From IMG/VR virus record IMGVR_UViG_3300019886_000067, positions 16,398 to 80,397 of that record: DNA of 64,000 nucleotides. One strand, given 5' to 3'. Of the stretch, positions 20,652-31,239 are shown in pieces (position 1 is the stretch's first letter; the number at the start of each line of letters is the position of its first letter). Source of the stretch: a virus. Position numbers and translations under genes: made by a program. The notes below the pieces were generated by a model, which worked only from the letters and a program-made list of their open reading frames with translations, was not told the DNA's origin and searched no databases.

Positions 20652-20849
20652 TTAGATCGTGCCCGAATAACCTGGCGCGTTGGCCGGCTTAGGTGCTGGC
20701 TTCAGAGACCTTTTGAAGGTCGGACGAGCCGGGGGCACAGGCTTGGAAACTGTTCCCTGTCCTGTGACAGTCACAGAAGCAAGCGGGCTCTGTCCGAATC
20801 CTGGCTTTGTAAGACGTGGGTCTGGTTTAGTCTGGTATTTGTTCGCCAT
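20652..20849 (-). CDS. small basic Pro-rich protein
   Basis: GAGGAA RBS; follows the tail tube gene. Confidence 0.6.
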   Translation of the reverse strand: MANKYQTKPDPRLTKPGFGQSPLASVTVTGQGTVSKPVPPARPTFKRSLKPAPKPANAPGYSGTI

Positions 20850-20859
20850 TTCATTCCTC

Positions 20860-21834
20860 TTAGTAGCTAGCTACCTGATTCTTCACGACAGCCGTGATGA
20901 TGCTGCCGGATGTCGGACGCTGACCCACAGCACGGACGGAAGCTGTGATCGGGGCACCGGAAGCGTCTGGCGCTACCGGGAACTCCTCGTAAGCAATAGT
21001 CGGAAGCGTGAACTTGACCTGATTGTTTGCGCCGTTGTCAAACTGGAAGTCAGCAGACGTAGTGAAAATCTGGTTAGAGATTTCGGTTCCCGATTCCCCG
21101 CCGTAATGGAACTTGTTGTACTCAGCAAGAGTTTCGAAAATGATGTCGAACGAAAGGCTGATCTGGCGCTGCCCAACAACAACATCATACGGAAGGAAGT
21201 CATCCGTTTGCTGTACTGTGACGTTGTTGTCGATGGTCAAGTCCATGCTGGAAATCAGCGCAGTTGCTCCACCGCCAAGCGTGACAGTCGCGTTGTTGTA
21301 GTTGTATACATAGCCGTTTTGAAGGCTAATTACCGGAGAGGTAGACGGATCAGAAGTAAGACGCGTGCTCTTGAGCCCCATGATGTTAGCCTGCGCTGTG
21401 AGCGGCTGCCCTGCGCTAGTCTTGACCTCAAGGGACGAAAGGAAACAATCCTGATGACGCTCAAAGAGCGTGTCAGATAGATCATTCCAGAATGTGACAT
21501 AAGGAATCGACTGAGCGGCCGTGATCGTATGCGTGTAGTTAGCTGCACCCGTTACGGCATCAGCGCCTAGCACGTAGAAAAGGAAAGCCCCAATGCTAGC
21601 ATCACGAACATAGACTTCTGGGTTGCCAGAAACGCCGCCGGTCTTGACGAAGGATACTCCCTGGTCACGGTTGGAGTCGGTCTCTGCTAGCTGGTCAAAT
21701 TCACGGGTAGGTGCAATCGCGCCGCCAACATACGGAGACTTGAAAGCCTTGAGGGCTTCAACGGTAGCTGGTGTACCCTTGACTGTCTGCTTCTGGTACA
21801 TCAACCATGCTGTATTCCCGCGTAGACCGGCCAT
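20860..21834 (-). CDS. major tail tube protein
   Basis: 324 aa beta-rich; position; ends VKNQVASY. Confidence 0.85.
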   Translation of the reverse strand: MAGLRGNTAWLMYQKQTVKGTPATVEALKAFKSPYVGGAIAPTREFDQLAETDSNRDQGVSFVKTGGVSGNPEVYVRDASIGAFLFYVLGADAVTGAANYTHTITAAQSIPYVTFWNDLSDTLFERHQDCFLSSLEVKTSAGQPLTAQANIMGLKSTRLTSDPSTSPVISLQNGYVYNYNNATVTLGGGATALISSMDLTIDNNVTVQQTDDFLPYDVVVGQRQISLSFDIIFETLAEYNKFHYGGESGTEISNQIFTTSADFQFDNGANNQVKFTLPTIAYEEFPVAPDASGAPITASVRAVGQRPTSGSIITAVVKNQVASY

Positions 21835-22439
21835 TAGCTAGATGCTCCTGTCGTTGGTGTTGCAGAGCTAGACGACGAAGCGGCCGGCGTAGCTGCTGGT
21901 GAAGTTGTGTCTACCGTTGGAGCAGAGCTAGAGGAAGACGTGGAAGCTACTGCTGGGGAAGTATTTTCAGTTTTCGTGGAAACTGGCTCAACCGGAGGAG
22001 TTGCACCTGGCGCAGATGGGTCTTCCGCGAACGGAAGCTCTGGCTTGGCTGCAACGCCGATAATCGTGAGAGCGTCTGCAACTGCCTGTCCGACTGGCGG
22101 AGAGCCGGCGCTTACGCTTTGCTCACCTGTAACGACCTCTTCAATGGCAGCTTGGTTGGCTGCGGCTGCTGCCTTTGCCTCTGGCGAAGCCTGAGCGCTC
22201 AAATGGTCAGCTTCCGGGTTAGTGTGCGGGTCGTTCTTGTCAACCGGCGGAGCATCCGGGTCTACTGGCGGGGTGTCATACTCAACGTCAAGCCAAGCGT
22301 TTACGCGCGCATTACCGATAACAGCTTGGTCATCAGTGACAAACTTCGGAGTAGCGGAACTCAGCGTAAAGTCTACGTTGCCAACGGAAAAGTTTTCTAC
22401 GCCGCTTGGCGCGTCAGCAGACTTTGTGATTGTAGCCAT
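21834..22439 (-). CDS. hypothetical virion protein with Ser/Thr/Pro-rich tail
   Basis: Within the structural operon; TAATG-type coupling. Confidence 0.6.
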   Translation of the reverse strand: MATITKSADAPSGVENFSVGNVDFTLSSATPKFVTDDQAVIGNARVNAWLDVEYDTPPVDPDAPPVDKNDPHTNPEADHLSAQASPEAKAAAAANQAAIEEVVTGEQSVSAGSPPVGQAVADALTIIGVAAKPELPFAEDPSAPGATPPVEPVSTKTENTSPAVASTSSSSSAPTVDTTSPAATPAASSSSSATPTTGASS

Positions 22440-22474
22440 GAGATAAAGAATAGCTGGTGGGACGACAAAAACCG

Positions 22475-22930
22475 TTAGCCAGAAGTCTCGATCAAAGCCG
22501 AGTTATTTCCGCGAGCAACCACTGTTGCTTCAAAGCGTGTCTTGTTGCCAGTTGGGTCGTCTGGATAGACGATTCTCAGAAGGTCAAAGTACCACACAGC
22601 GCCCGTCCTGGGATCAGCCCCGGAGCGAATAGACTGCCTGAATCGCTCAGCCTGAGTCTCTATGACAGTAGGGGATACAGTCTGTTCGCGGTCAACCTCA
22701 AGCGTGTACTTACCAAAGAACTGTACCACTATCTCATACTCGTTCACAAACTTGTCACGAGCATTAGCCGTGGAGCGTTCTGGATACACACCAAGCATGG
22801 TACGAGAGTCGCCCAGAGACGGATGCAGCTTATCATCCTTTACAGGGAATTGGTCAGCCGCAAACTCTGTTTCAAGCGCTGTTATCAACGCTTTACGCGC
22901 TGTAGTCTCAGGTGCGATTACTTCAGTCAC
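22475..22930 (-). CDS. tail terminator/completion protein
   Basis: Size and position. Confidence 0.55.
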   Translation of the reverse strand: MTEVIAPETTARKALITALETEFAADQFPVKDDKLHPSLGDSRTMLGVYPERSTANARDKFVNEYEIVVQFFGKYTLEVDREQTVSPTVIETQAERFRQSIRSGADPRTGAVWYFDLLRIVYPDDPTGNKTRFEATVVARGNNSALIETSG

Positions 22931-22939
22931 TAGTCTATT

Positions 22940-23383
22940 CTACCCAGGATAGTAGCGCTTCGCGTAATCCATCCAAGTTGACATCATAATCAGATAAGCC
23001 GGCCGTAGATATGGGTGTGCTGGGTTTCCTGGGTGCTGAATCATATTACTGCCGGGACGCCACATTCGCCCCATCTTTTCCCAGAAGAACGACACAGCGC
23101 CAGTAATCTCGTGAGGACCAGCGCCTTTCTCTTGGTATAGAGCATGGCGAGCGTCCGCCTCCCAATGCGCAGTAGTGGCCGTAGAGGACGACCTAATAGA
23201 ATCCACAATGCGAGGCGTACGAGGATCAGGCTTGTGGCCCTTTGGCGCAAATTGGCGTGACAGATCAGCGCCTTTCTCAGCGATGTCTTTCATCGTCTCA
23301 GCGCCAGCCAGCTTGCATTCAGCAATGAAGCGGCCGAATCCATTACGCGCGATCACCTTATTCGAGACGGCGATGTCGCCCAT
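22940..23383 (-). CDS. HK97 gp10-like tail completion protein
   Basis: HALYQEKG, HPGNPAHPYLRPA. Confidence 0.75.
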   Translation of the reverse strand: MGDIAVSNKVIARNGFGRFIAECKLAGAETMKDIAEKGADLSRQFAPKGHKPDPRTPRIVDSIRSSSTATTAHWEADARHALYQEKGAGPHEITGAVSFFWEKMGRMWRPGSNMIQHPGNPAHPYLRPAYLIMMSTWMDYAKRYYPG

Positions 23384-23394
23384 TTTAGACTCCT

Positions 23395-24336
23395 TTAGAT
23401 TTGGAATCTAACGTAGGACGCTAGAATGTCTTGCGCCTGTGGTGGGATGGCCTGTGGAGCGCCGGAAGTGCGGTTAGACGTGGTGTAAGAGTACCCAGCG
23501 ATGCTCTCGGAGACATACTCCTCTGGCTTCTCAGACATCACAGCGGCCGTCCATATAGTTGCACGCTTGACATCGGCTGGCACAGTCGGCCAACCCCAGG
23601 CAGCCGTTACCTTCACGGTAGGAATCAACCCAGGCCAACCACGATCCCTAGAAACCACATCAAGATTGTAGTTAAAGCCCATCTGCGGGCTATAGATGCC
23701 GGCCCAATGAGGAATCGTGAGGTAGTTGTATGGTGGGCCTTCCTGGGGCTCAGGACGCCAGTAGAACGTATCAATCGGAGTTTCAAAGCCGCCGAAGATA
23801 AAGGCTACGGCCGTCACAGACATACAGTCGTCAATGTCTAGGAACCCAGAAGAGTCATACTCATATGTGCGGATTCCTGGGGTTTCTGGAAGCCCAAACG
23901 CGCGATCAGCAAACTTACGGATAGCGGCCGAAGCGCCTTCAATCGCTGATATTAGTTTTGCATCGCGTACTGTGTCAGGGTCGCCGGCTGCTATGTTCAT
24001 GGCAGCCTTTAGTTCGTCTAGGGTTATGAGATTAGGAGGTTCGGTAGTGCCTGGTGCAGGACCAGAAAACACTTCTAGGACGTCAGAGGCTACGTGCCCA
24101 CTGCCATCCTTCCATACAATCGCATAGGAACCAGCCGTAGCAGGAGCAGTAATCCTTGTGTAGTAGATGCCAGACCCGGCAGGGACCTCGCTGATCCCGG
24201 CTGTAGAAGGTGCAATTGCTACTGTGTCGTCAGATAGCTTGATTACTTCAACAGTAATCGTCCCTACAAGTCCAGTTTCAGCACCATCAACGGCGCTCTC
24301 TACATGCTGTCCTGGGTTTGCCGGAATGTAAGACAT
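23395..24336 (-). CDS. head-tail connector with extra N-terminal Ig-like domain
   Basis: LITLDELKAAM, WGWPTVPADVKRA, SESIAGYSY. Confidence 0.75.
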   Translation of the reverse strand: MSYIPANPGQHVESAVDGAETGLVGTITVEVIKLSDDTVAIAPSTAGISEVPAGSGIYYTRITAPATAGSYAIVWKDGSGHVASDVLEVFSGPAPGTTEPPNLITLDELKAAMNIAAGDPDTVRDAKLISAIEGASAAIRKFADRAFGLPETPGIRTYEYDSSGFLDIDDCMSVTAVAFIFGGFETPIDTFYWRPEPQEGPPYNYLTIPHWAGIYSPQMGFNYNLDVVSRDRGWPGLIPTVKVTAAWGWPTVPADVKRATIWTAAVMSEKPEEYVSESIAGYSYTTSNRTSGAPQAIPPQAQDILASYVRFQI

Positions 24337-24345
24337 ATCTATAGC

Positions 24346-24714
24346 TTACTGTGTGTCGAATACTTTGTCGTCAAACACAGGAATCCAAGAAACAATTTCT
24401 AGTGTTGCTGCTATTTTTCCGTCAGGAAGCACAGCCAACAAAGTAAACAAACCAGGAATATTTCCGTTGCCGCAGGTAATAAGCACCTTAGCTTTCGGCC
24501 ACATGGTGTTGCTAGCTATCTGAGCGACTGCCTGTCCGGCGGTATATGTTTTAGCTTCACCAAGACCTCGAAGACAAACTAGTCCTTGGTCTGTCAACGC
24601 TGCCGCTGGGGCTCTATATGGTTCCCCAAAGGCTGCTATACCAGTCAGAGAATGAAAAGAAAGAGGGGTAGCTTCGCCTTCTCCTGTTTTTTCTTTGCTG
24701 GGAAATTTAGCCAT
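24346..24714 (-). CDS. hypothetical virion protein
   Basis: ORF in the structural operon. Confidence 0.55.
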   Translation of the reverse strand: MAKFPSKEKTGEGEATPLSFHSLTGIAAFGEPYRAPAAALTDQGLVCLRGLGEAKTYTAGQAVAQIASNTMWPKAKVLITCGNGNIPGLFTLLAVLPDGKIAATLEIVSWIPVFDDKVFDTQ

Positions 24715-24789
24715 AGAACAAGTTTAGTCTTAGAAATGGCGAAACCGGCACAAGGCCGGCTTCGAGAGGGAGGAGAGTATGGCGGTTAC

Positions 24790-25182
24790 TTACTCAGCAG
24801 CGAAAACATCCTCTGGCGCACGGGCATCGGCGTAAGCAGCACCGATTGGCGTCAGAGCATCGCCCCGACCTTGCGGCGGGACCTGCACTGCAAGAGGGTC
24901 ACTGGTGTCTGTGATGACACGATCCGCTTTGACGTGCGTCTCATGTACCGGGACTACAGACTGCGGAGCAGCCGGCGTACCCTGAACCTGAGCCGTTGTC
25001 GTACCGGACGTAACCTGTACGCTAACCGGACCATCTGGGTCTGTTACGGCCGCAGAAGGCTCCGTAGCAGACGCACCATCTGGTAGCGGTGGCGTTACTG
25101 GTGTGACTGGCGCAGCGGGAGTCACTGCGCTAGTCGTGTCAGCAGCGGTTGTGTCAGTTGTAGTTGTTGTCTCGTCAGCCAT
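24790..25182 (-). CDS. hypothetical capsid-associated protein
   Basis: Directly after MCP; Thr/Pro-rich. Confidence 0.6.
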   Translation of the reverse strand: MADETTTTTDTTAADTTSAVTPAAPVTPVTPPLPDGASATEPSAAVTDPDGPVSVQVTSGTTTAQVQGTPAAPQSVVPVHETHVKADRVITDTSDPLAVQVPPQGRGDALTPIGAAYADARAPEDVFAAE

Positions 25183-25193
25183 GTTCTTTCCCC

Positions 25194-26582
25194 TTAGCCG
25201 TTTGCCAGTCCTGTGCCGCCAATTACGTTGAACGCCAGCGGGCTACGGGCTGCCGTGAAGCCTACGCGGCTCTCGGCACGGAATACGGTCTGGTTGGTCG
25301 TGAAGTAGACGTGCGGGCTCTCGTCAACTGTGATTCCCTGGCGGTCAAGGATCAAAGCCTCACGGAAGTCACCGATGATGACACGGGACTCGTTTGTGCC
25401 TGCTCCAAGGTTAGTCGGGACACGGTTGGACAGAATGACTTCTACTCCAAATAGTGTCTGCTGAGGACCGTTGACGAATGTGCGCGGAGTGCTTGGGTCG
25501 TAACCTGCACCGAAGTTGCTGCGCGGGGCAATCGTGTAGTGGCCTACCGAGTCACGGGACTTGAGGATACGAGTCCAGGTTCGCGGGTGCATGACAATTG
25601 CGGACGGCTGACCCCAAGAAGTCTGTACCGAAGCGATTGCGTCAAGGATTTTATCCAGTAGCGCGCCTTCAGCAGCAGGGTCTTTCGGAGAAGCTTCCGT
25701 GATCGTCGTAGTACCGATGCCCGGAGTGTTCAGGATGCCAAGTGGCTGTCCTGTGCCGGAACCGATCATAAACGCTGTCTCTTCAAGAGCAACAAGGCGC
25801 TTCGCAAGATCAGTTGTTACCAACTGGTCTACGGCCGGGTTGGAATCCTGAAGAAGCTGGTTAGAAATCGTAGCAAGACCGGCTGCTGTGAACACGGAAG
25901 CCGTGATCGTAGCCAGTGTCATCGCTGTGCTCTCAGGCTTCGTTGCAAGCTCGGCTACCCATCCGGCAGTCGTGCTGAGTCCTAGCTGGTCAAGCTGGAT
26001 TGCGTTAGTGTTGACATTCAGAGAAGAGCAAAGCCCACGAAGAACGTTGTCCTGCTCACGAGCGAGAACTAGCTGACGCTCAAGAAGCGGCTGAACAAGG
26101 TATCCACCCTGAGAGCCGGTGCCCTCAGTCATAGCCTTGCCCTCTGCTGTGGTGCTAAACCCAGCGTCAGAGTAAGACTTGGCACCTAGAGCAAGACGCT
26201 CCTGGGCTGCCGGATTACCTTTGTTGGCAAGATGAATGTCCACATACGGAGAGAACTCGCCCGTTGTGTATGGGTTGTCAGGATCGTCCGCAGCCTTACC
26301 CTCTGTGGTTGCTGCTACAACGAATCCCTCGCCTGGCTTACGGAGGTTAGCGATAATCTCCTGAAGCGTTCCAACCTCGGCAGTAAGAGACTTTACCTCT
26401 TCAGCGTTGAGAGCGGTGTCACGCTCCTTGAAAAGGAGGTCAAGCTGTGGCTTGATGTCTTTCTCAATCAGACCCTTGACCTCTGCTACCTGGCCGTTGT
26501 CTGCCTCTGCTGTAGCTAGGAGAGCAGTTGCCTTCTCCTGAAGCTCAGTAATCTTCGCTGTGATCTGCTCTGTGGTCTCCAT
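25194..26582 (-). CDS. HK97-fold major capsid protein
   Basis: Coiled-coil delta domain, GGYLVQP, GTGQPLGILN, MHPRTW, IIGDF, FRAESRVG. Confidence 0.95.
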   Translation of the reverse strand: METTEQITAKITELQEKATALLATAEADNGQVAEVKGLIEKDIKPQLDLLFKERDTALNAEEVKSLTAEVGTLQEIIANLRKPGEGFVVAATTEGKAADDPDNPYTTGEFSPYVDIHLANKGNPAAQERLALGAKSYSDAGFSTTAEGKAMTEGTGSQGGYLVQPLLERQLVLAREQDNVLRGLCSSLNVNTNAIQLDQLGLSTTAGWVAELATKPESTAMTLATITASVFTAAGLATISNQLLQDSNPAVDQLVTTDLAKRLVALEETAFMIGSGTGQPLGILNTPGIGTTTITEASPKDPAAEGALLDKILDAIASVQTSWGQPSAIVMHPRTWTRILKSRDSVGHYTIAPRSNFGAGYDPSTPRTFVNGPQQTLFGVEVILSNRVPTNLGAGTNESRVIIGDFREALILDRQGITVDESPHVYFTTNQTVFRAESRVGFTAARSPLAFNVIGGTGLANG

Positions 26583-26622
26583 GTCTATTCCTAAATTTAG
26601 TGGTCAGTGTGACAAATCGAAA

Positions 26623-27537
26623 CTAGCAGGTTTCAATTTGAGGAAGTGGTCCTAGTTCTGCGGCCAAAGCATGTGCTTCACGCGCGATTCCATCAAGGTA
26701 GTTCTTTACTCGTGCCACAAGAGCGTCGATACGCTCATCTTCAGCACCATGCCCATTATCCTTAGTCGTAGACAGGGAATTGGTCTGCTGCTCAAGCTTC
26801 AAAAGCAATGCTAGGAACCACAAATCTTCAGGGCTGCCCTTCACGGACTTTCCCTCTGGGTACCTAGTGCTTATTGTGTCCAACGTAGAATCAAGGCTGT
26901 TCAGCAAGTCAGAGATACCACTAAAGTCTCCGACCAACTCGGACTGAGTAGGCTCAGGCACGACAATATCTCCTAGCGCCTTTCCGGCGACAATAGAAAA
27001 GGCCGGCGCAGAATGCACGGGAACTGGCGTAACGCTAATCTCTGTGAAGTCCATATCAGAAATGCGGGTTCCCAGCTTTGTAAGCTTACGCTTGAAGAAG
27101 CCGCCGACGCTCAAAGCAGTGAGAGTGCCTTTCTTGATCTGGTTGTAGTACGTGCCAAGCTCAGGATGTGTGCGAATCGCACCATCTACTCGGGCGCGCA
27201 TACGAAGGCCCTTGCCCTCAACCTCTTCAAGGTCAAGTACCTTGCCGAGAATCTTTTCGTGTTTGTGGTGGAAACACAAAGCGGCCGGACCACTCAGGAA
27301 TGCCTTGATGCCACGCTGGAAAGCTCCGTCAGTGAAGTTCTCGCCTTGGCGGTCAACTCCATCAAACGTTGCAGCCCAACCCTCGATAATCAAGTCCCCG
27401 TCGTCAAGCTCTGTAACTACGTTTCCTGGTGTGCCGTCCTCTAGGGCCTTAGCCTCTAGTTGGAACGGGAAATTGAAGGCAACAATGTCGCTATCGCTGT
27501 CGAGCGTACGAACGAAAAGCTCTGTTGGCAAATCCAT
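26623..27537 (-). CDS. HK97-type prohead protease
   Basis: IEGWAATF..VDRQGE, FHH, LSVGG, EISVTPVP; start moved to ATG 27537 (TATTAT-N6-ATG). Confidence 0.9.
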   Translation of the reverse strand: MDLPTELFVRTLDSDSDIVAFNFPFQLEAKALEDGTPGNVVTELDDGDLIIEGWAATFDGVDRQGENFTDGAFQRGIKAFLSGPAALCFHHKHEKILGKVLDLEEVEGKGLRMRARVDGAIRTHPELGTYYNQIKKGTLTALSVGGFFKRKLTKLGTRISDMDFTEISVTPVPVHSAPAFSIVAGKALGDIVVPEPTQSELVGDFSGISDLLNSLDSTLDTISTRYPEGKSVKGSPEDLWFLALLLKLEQQTNSLSTTKDNGHGAEDERIDALVARVKNYLDGIAREAHALAAELGPLPQIETC

Positions 27538-27608
27538 ACACAAATAATACGTCCCACAACGACAACGAGCCGCCCGAAGGCGGCTCGAAGACAACTTACA
27601 AGTAGTGG

Positions 27609-28337
27609 CTATTTCTTCAGAACGCTAGATGTCTGCGTATAAACCGTGAATGTGCCTGCCACACCGCCGGCAGCTTCAGATTTCAGAGACAAGCGAAGTT
27701 GAGGCCCGAACTGTTTACCTTCAAAGTTTGCCGCCGTAAAGACAGGGGTTGCAGCGGCGATTGCAGCCGTTTCAGCAAACGACGCAGATGCCTCCCAAGT
27801 TTTGCCGCCATCAAAGGAATCTTCAAGGGCAACCTTGACTTTAGGAGTACCTTCAATTTCGCCAAAGTTTGTCTCTACAGTCACGTAGTCATACGGAGAA
27901 TAGTCTCCCTGCAACGCAACCTTTAGTGTTTCGGCCCCTGCAAACTTCAAATACGAAGCAGGAGATTTGATTTCTGCTACTTTTAGGGAACCTACAGGAA
28001 CAGACTCAAAGAGGCGACCGCTTGCCTTGGTGGCCGAAGAAACAGGCCAGAACACAAATGTTTCTGTTGTTTCGGACGTGCCGGCATTAGCGCCTGATGG
28101 CGTGCTAACAACAACCCCAACAGGACCAGTGATGTACTTAGTCCCGTTCGCATTAATGCTCTGAGGACTTACAGCTTTGATTTCAGTAGCAGATTCTACT
28201 TTGAACGACGCAGCCGCCAATTTACCGAAGGAAACAGACGTAGCGCCTGTGAATTCCGTGCCGGCAATAATGACTGTTGTTCCACCCGTAGGAGGACCAC
28301 CGTTGTTAGTTACTGAAGTTACTGTAGGAGCAGCCAT
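27609..28337 (-). CDS. IPT/TIG Ig-domain virion protein
   Basis: APTVTSV...GPPTGGTTVIIAGTEFTGATSVSFG. Confidence 0.8.
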   Translation of the reverse strand: MAAPTVTSVTNNGGPPTGGTTVIIAGTEFTGATSVSFGKLAAASFKVESATEIKAVSPQSINANGTKYITGPVGVVVSTPSGANAGTSETTETFVFWPVSSATKASGRLFESVPVGSLKVAEIKSPASYLKFAGAETLKVALQGDYSPYDYVTVETNFGEIEGTPKVKVALEDSFDGGKTWEASASFAETAAIAAATPVFTAANFEGKQFGPQLRLSLKSEAAGGVAGTFTVYTQTSSVLKK

Positions 28338-28368
28338 AAGAATAATCTACTTTGCTGAGTGCCAGAGC

Positions 28369-28593
28369 CTACTCTAGCTCGGATGGTTCGACAGAAGACA
28401 CCTTGCTTGCGTTGATCGCAATTTGCGTATTAGCCTTTGTGGCTCTGTCAAAGTAGACAAACGGAGTACGCCTTTGAGGAGTCTCTGCGTCCTCCAAAGC
28501 CCACGACAGTTGTTTCTCAACCTCTGAAACACTTCCAACTACATAATAGGAAGCGCGGTCACACCAAATACGTGAAGTAATTTGCTCAGACAT
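28369..28593 (-). CDS. hypothetical protein
   Basis: AGGAG RBS. Confidence 0.6.
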   Translation of the reverse strand: MSEQITSRIWCDRASYYVVGSVSEVEKQLSWALEDAETPQRRTPFVYFDRATKANTQIAINASKVSSVEPSELE

Positions 28594-28629
28594 TCAGTTT
28601 TCTCCTTTTGTGTGTGTAGGAGAGACTAA

Positions 28630-30339
28630 CTATACACCACAGACGCCACCGACGCAGGTTTCCTCATTGCCCTCAAACACGGTTCCCTCGTGCTCAAGCG
28701 CCCATGCAAGGTCAACTGGATTGCGTGGTTGGCCGGCACGCGCACCATCTGGATACACAGTAATGCCACGCAGATCAGGCAAGAAACGTAGCATTACATT
28801 GCTAAACGTACTACTTTCCTCCTCGTCAGTGATAGGTTTAGCAAGATTCACTGTAGAACTGATGGCATGATCGGTGTGTGCTTGCAAATACGCCTGTTGC
28901 GCCATGCGGCGCTCTGGCATGAGAGAGAGCGTGTGCGCGTCCTCTATTTGCTCTGGCTTGATTCCTTCTCGTACAAGGCGCGCGGCCGTAGGGTCAACGA
29001 CCACATGCTGAGTGTGGTAGTTGGCGTTTGGTTTAGCCACGACGACATTTCGCTTCTCAGCGGCAGAGAAGAGAGGATCAGCCGATGGTGTGGACTCGGC
29101 AATAATGCCGATTGTGCCGTTAGGAGCTATGGCAGTAGCAGCAATAGAGCGCGATAGACCAAGCTTGTCCTGCTGTTCGTTCGCATACTCAAGCGCACGG
29201 GAATATTGCTCCATGTAGGGAGACAATACGTCAAAAGCGTCGTCTGTGCCATATTTCACGCCCTTCTTGATTAGGAACTCATGGACGCCAATCAAGCCCA
29301 GGCCAAGCCGGCGATTCTTGTCACGCACTTCCTTGATCTTGTCGTAGGGCACATCTGAGTAGAGGCTGCCGGCTGTCAAGAACAGCACAGCATCGCGCAC
29401 TGCGCCGCCGAACTGTGCAGGCGACTCAAAGCGTGGCATCACCAGGCTACCCAAATTGCAGATGTCAGAATCGTCCGCAGAAGTTATCTCTGTGCAGGCG
29501 TTGCGCAGAACCTCGTCTTTGTATTGGCCTGTGTCAATCGTGAAACCAGGCTCGCCGTGCTTGAGCATGTGGCCGACCGCTGTCTTATACACGCGATTCG
29601 CCCAAGAATGCCAGTCTCCTCCGTCAGGAGCAATTGCATCACAGCGGTCGCGCAAAGCGTTCTCGTGCTCAAGGCAGTGAAAGAAGGCGTCATCTAGCGT
29701 AACACTAATGTTCGTCGTGTCCATCGGCGCAGGGAAATTCCAGTCCTTTTCCTTGAGCGCACGAATCTCATCAGACCAATCCTTGCAAGTAATAAATGCA
29801 AAGATATCGGGATGCCACCAAGGAAGCCCAGCCCATATAGCCGAGCGGCGATTCCCGCCCTGTAGATAGCAACGTCCCTGGTCGTTCACAAGCTGCATGA
29901 GCGCCTGTGGCCCGGAGGCTGTGCCCCCGGTACGACTGATCGGAGCCCCAGACTCACGGATATCTCCATACCAGACACCAATCCCAGCGCCGGTCATCAA
30001 CGCCATAGCGCTCTTGTAAGCCAAGTCAGCCCAACCCTCACGGGAATCCTCGGCGCGCAGTAGAACGCAGTTGCAGACTTGATGCAGGTCACGTCCGGCT
30101 GCGTATAGATAGCGCCCGCCAGCGATGAACTGCCGGCGGCTGTGGAGGCCATATAGCCGGTCTGCCACGTCTTGTATGAAGGATACGTTGCCTTGGGCGC
30201 TAGGAGCCCCGTAGAGAGCCCCTGTGACGGCTCCTACGACACGCTTGCTAGTCCCGTTCCAATCGCCATCCTGGGGATGCTTGTATCGTGCCTCGTAAAT
30301 GCTTTGCGCGAATGGCGAATCGAACGTCTGAGAGTGCAA
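28630..30339 (-). CDS. nrdJ: class II (B12-dependent) ribonucleotide reductase
   Basis: GGRYL, CNC, RRSA, NACTEI, CNLGS, RRLGLG, IAPNGTI, C-terminal CVGGVC; no beta subunit nearby. Confidence 0.88.
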   Translation of the reverse strand: MHSQTFDSPFAQSIYEARYKHPQDGDWNGTSKRVVGAVTGALYGAPSAQGNVSFIQDVADRLYGLHSRRQFIAGGRYLYAAGRDLHQVCNCVLLRAEDSREGWADLAYKSAMALMTGAGIGVWYGDIRESGAPISRTGGTASGPQALMQLVNDQGRCYLQGGNRRSAIWAGLPWWHPDIFAFITCKDWSDEIRALKEKDWNFPAPMDTTNISVTLDDAFFHCLEHENALRDRCDAIAPDGGDWHSWANRVYKTAVGHMLKHGEPGFTIDTGQYKDEVLRNACTEITSADDSDICNLGSLVMPRFESPAQFGGAVRDAVLFLTAGSLYSDVPYDKIKEVRDKNRRLGLGLIGVHEFLIKKGVKYGTDDAFDVLSPYMEQYSRALEYANEQQDKLGLSRSIAATAIAPNGTIGIIAESTPSADPLFSAAEKRNVVVAKPNANYHTQHVVVDPTAARLVREGIKPEQIEDAHTLSLMPERRMAQQAYLQAHTDHAISSTVNLAKPITDEEESSTFSNVMLRFLPDLRGITVYPDGARAGQPRNPVDLAWALEHEGTVFEGNEETCVGGVCGV

Positions 30340-30447
30340 CTGATCCTCCTGCTGAAGGTGTGTTTTGGTCTATGTGTCACCCTCAAAGCGGTGAAGAGCG
30401 ATTTAGGAATACTAGCAAGATTCGGAGCACATGGTACGAGCGCGTAA

Positions 30448-30858
30448 TCAATCGTTCCACGCACGTACCAGTGCTACCGCCAGCCTATCTACAAGCTGCT
30501 CCTCGGCGCGCACATATGACGCCTCTACTACCTCGTACACATCTTTATGTAGCTTCTCTTCAAAGGTGTCTTCAACTCTACGAATGTCTCGCGTGTGGCA
30601 ATGAAGAAGCTCGTGAACGATGCTCTTCTCAAGAAAGAAGTCATCTAGCTCAGGACCAAACCACTCTTCAGGCTTCGCCCAATCAACCAAGTCAGGCTTG
30701 ACAACTAGCGTGGCCTGCTCATACTGAGAAGACCGATGGCACTCCATCGCTGCTGTCTCTTCTTCAGGCTCCTCAAAGCGAACATCAATCATCCACTGGT
30801 CGAGCCCTAGCCGGGCCTGCCATTCAGACGTGAGAGCTATGATTTCTTCGCGGGTCAT
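30448..30858 (-). CDS. HEXXH metallopeptidase-like protein
   Basis: WQARLGLDQW...SIVHELLHCH. Confidence 0.6.
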   Translation of the reverse strand: MTREEIIALTSEWQARLGLDQWMIDVRFEEPEEETAAMECHRSSQYEQATLVVKPDLVDWAKPEEWFGPELDDFFLEKSIVHELLHCHTRDIRRVEDTFEEKLHKDVYEVVEASYVRAEEQLVDRLAVALVRAWND

Positions 30859-31112
30859 GCAGGATGCACGATTTCAATGCCGAGAGCCGCACAGTCCTCG
30901 TCAGTCAATGGAGTCAAATCAGGCTCATGCTGGGAAGCGTAATAGCTCTCAAATTCAGCATGGCGCTTTGTGCTAAGTGCGTCTTTCTTGTCCAAAGGTT
31001 TGACTCCTCGATATCGTTTTGTCTCTGTTCGACAAGTTGGGCAAATCTCGTACTCGTCGTCATCAGGCCACGTCTCACAGCCCATCGCACATCTGCGGCC
31101 GAACTGAATCAC
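30855..31112 (-). CDS. zinc-ribbon protein
   Basis: CxxxC and CPTC. Confidence 0.55.
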   Translation of the reverse strand: MIQFGRRCAMGCETWPDDDEYEICPTCRTETKRYRGVKPLDKKDALSTKRHAEFESYYASQHEPDLTPLTDEDCAALGIEIVHPA

Positions 31113-31239
31113 GCGGCTAGCGTCGGCAGAAAGAACTCAATAGCGCCGGCTACTAGCGCCAGGATCGCGCCCAAAATTGGATTGAACAGAGCAAGCAGCA
31201 CAGCCGCTACGAGAACGCATGTGACGGCAGGTGCAGGCA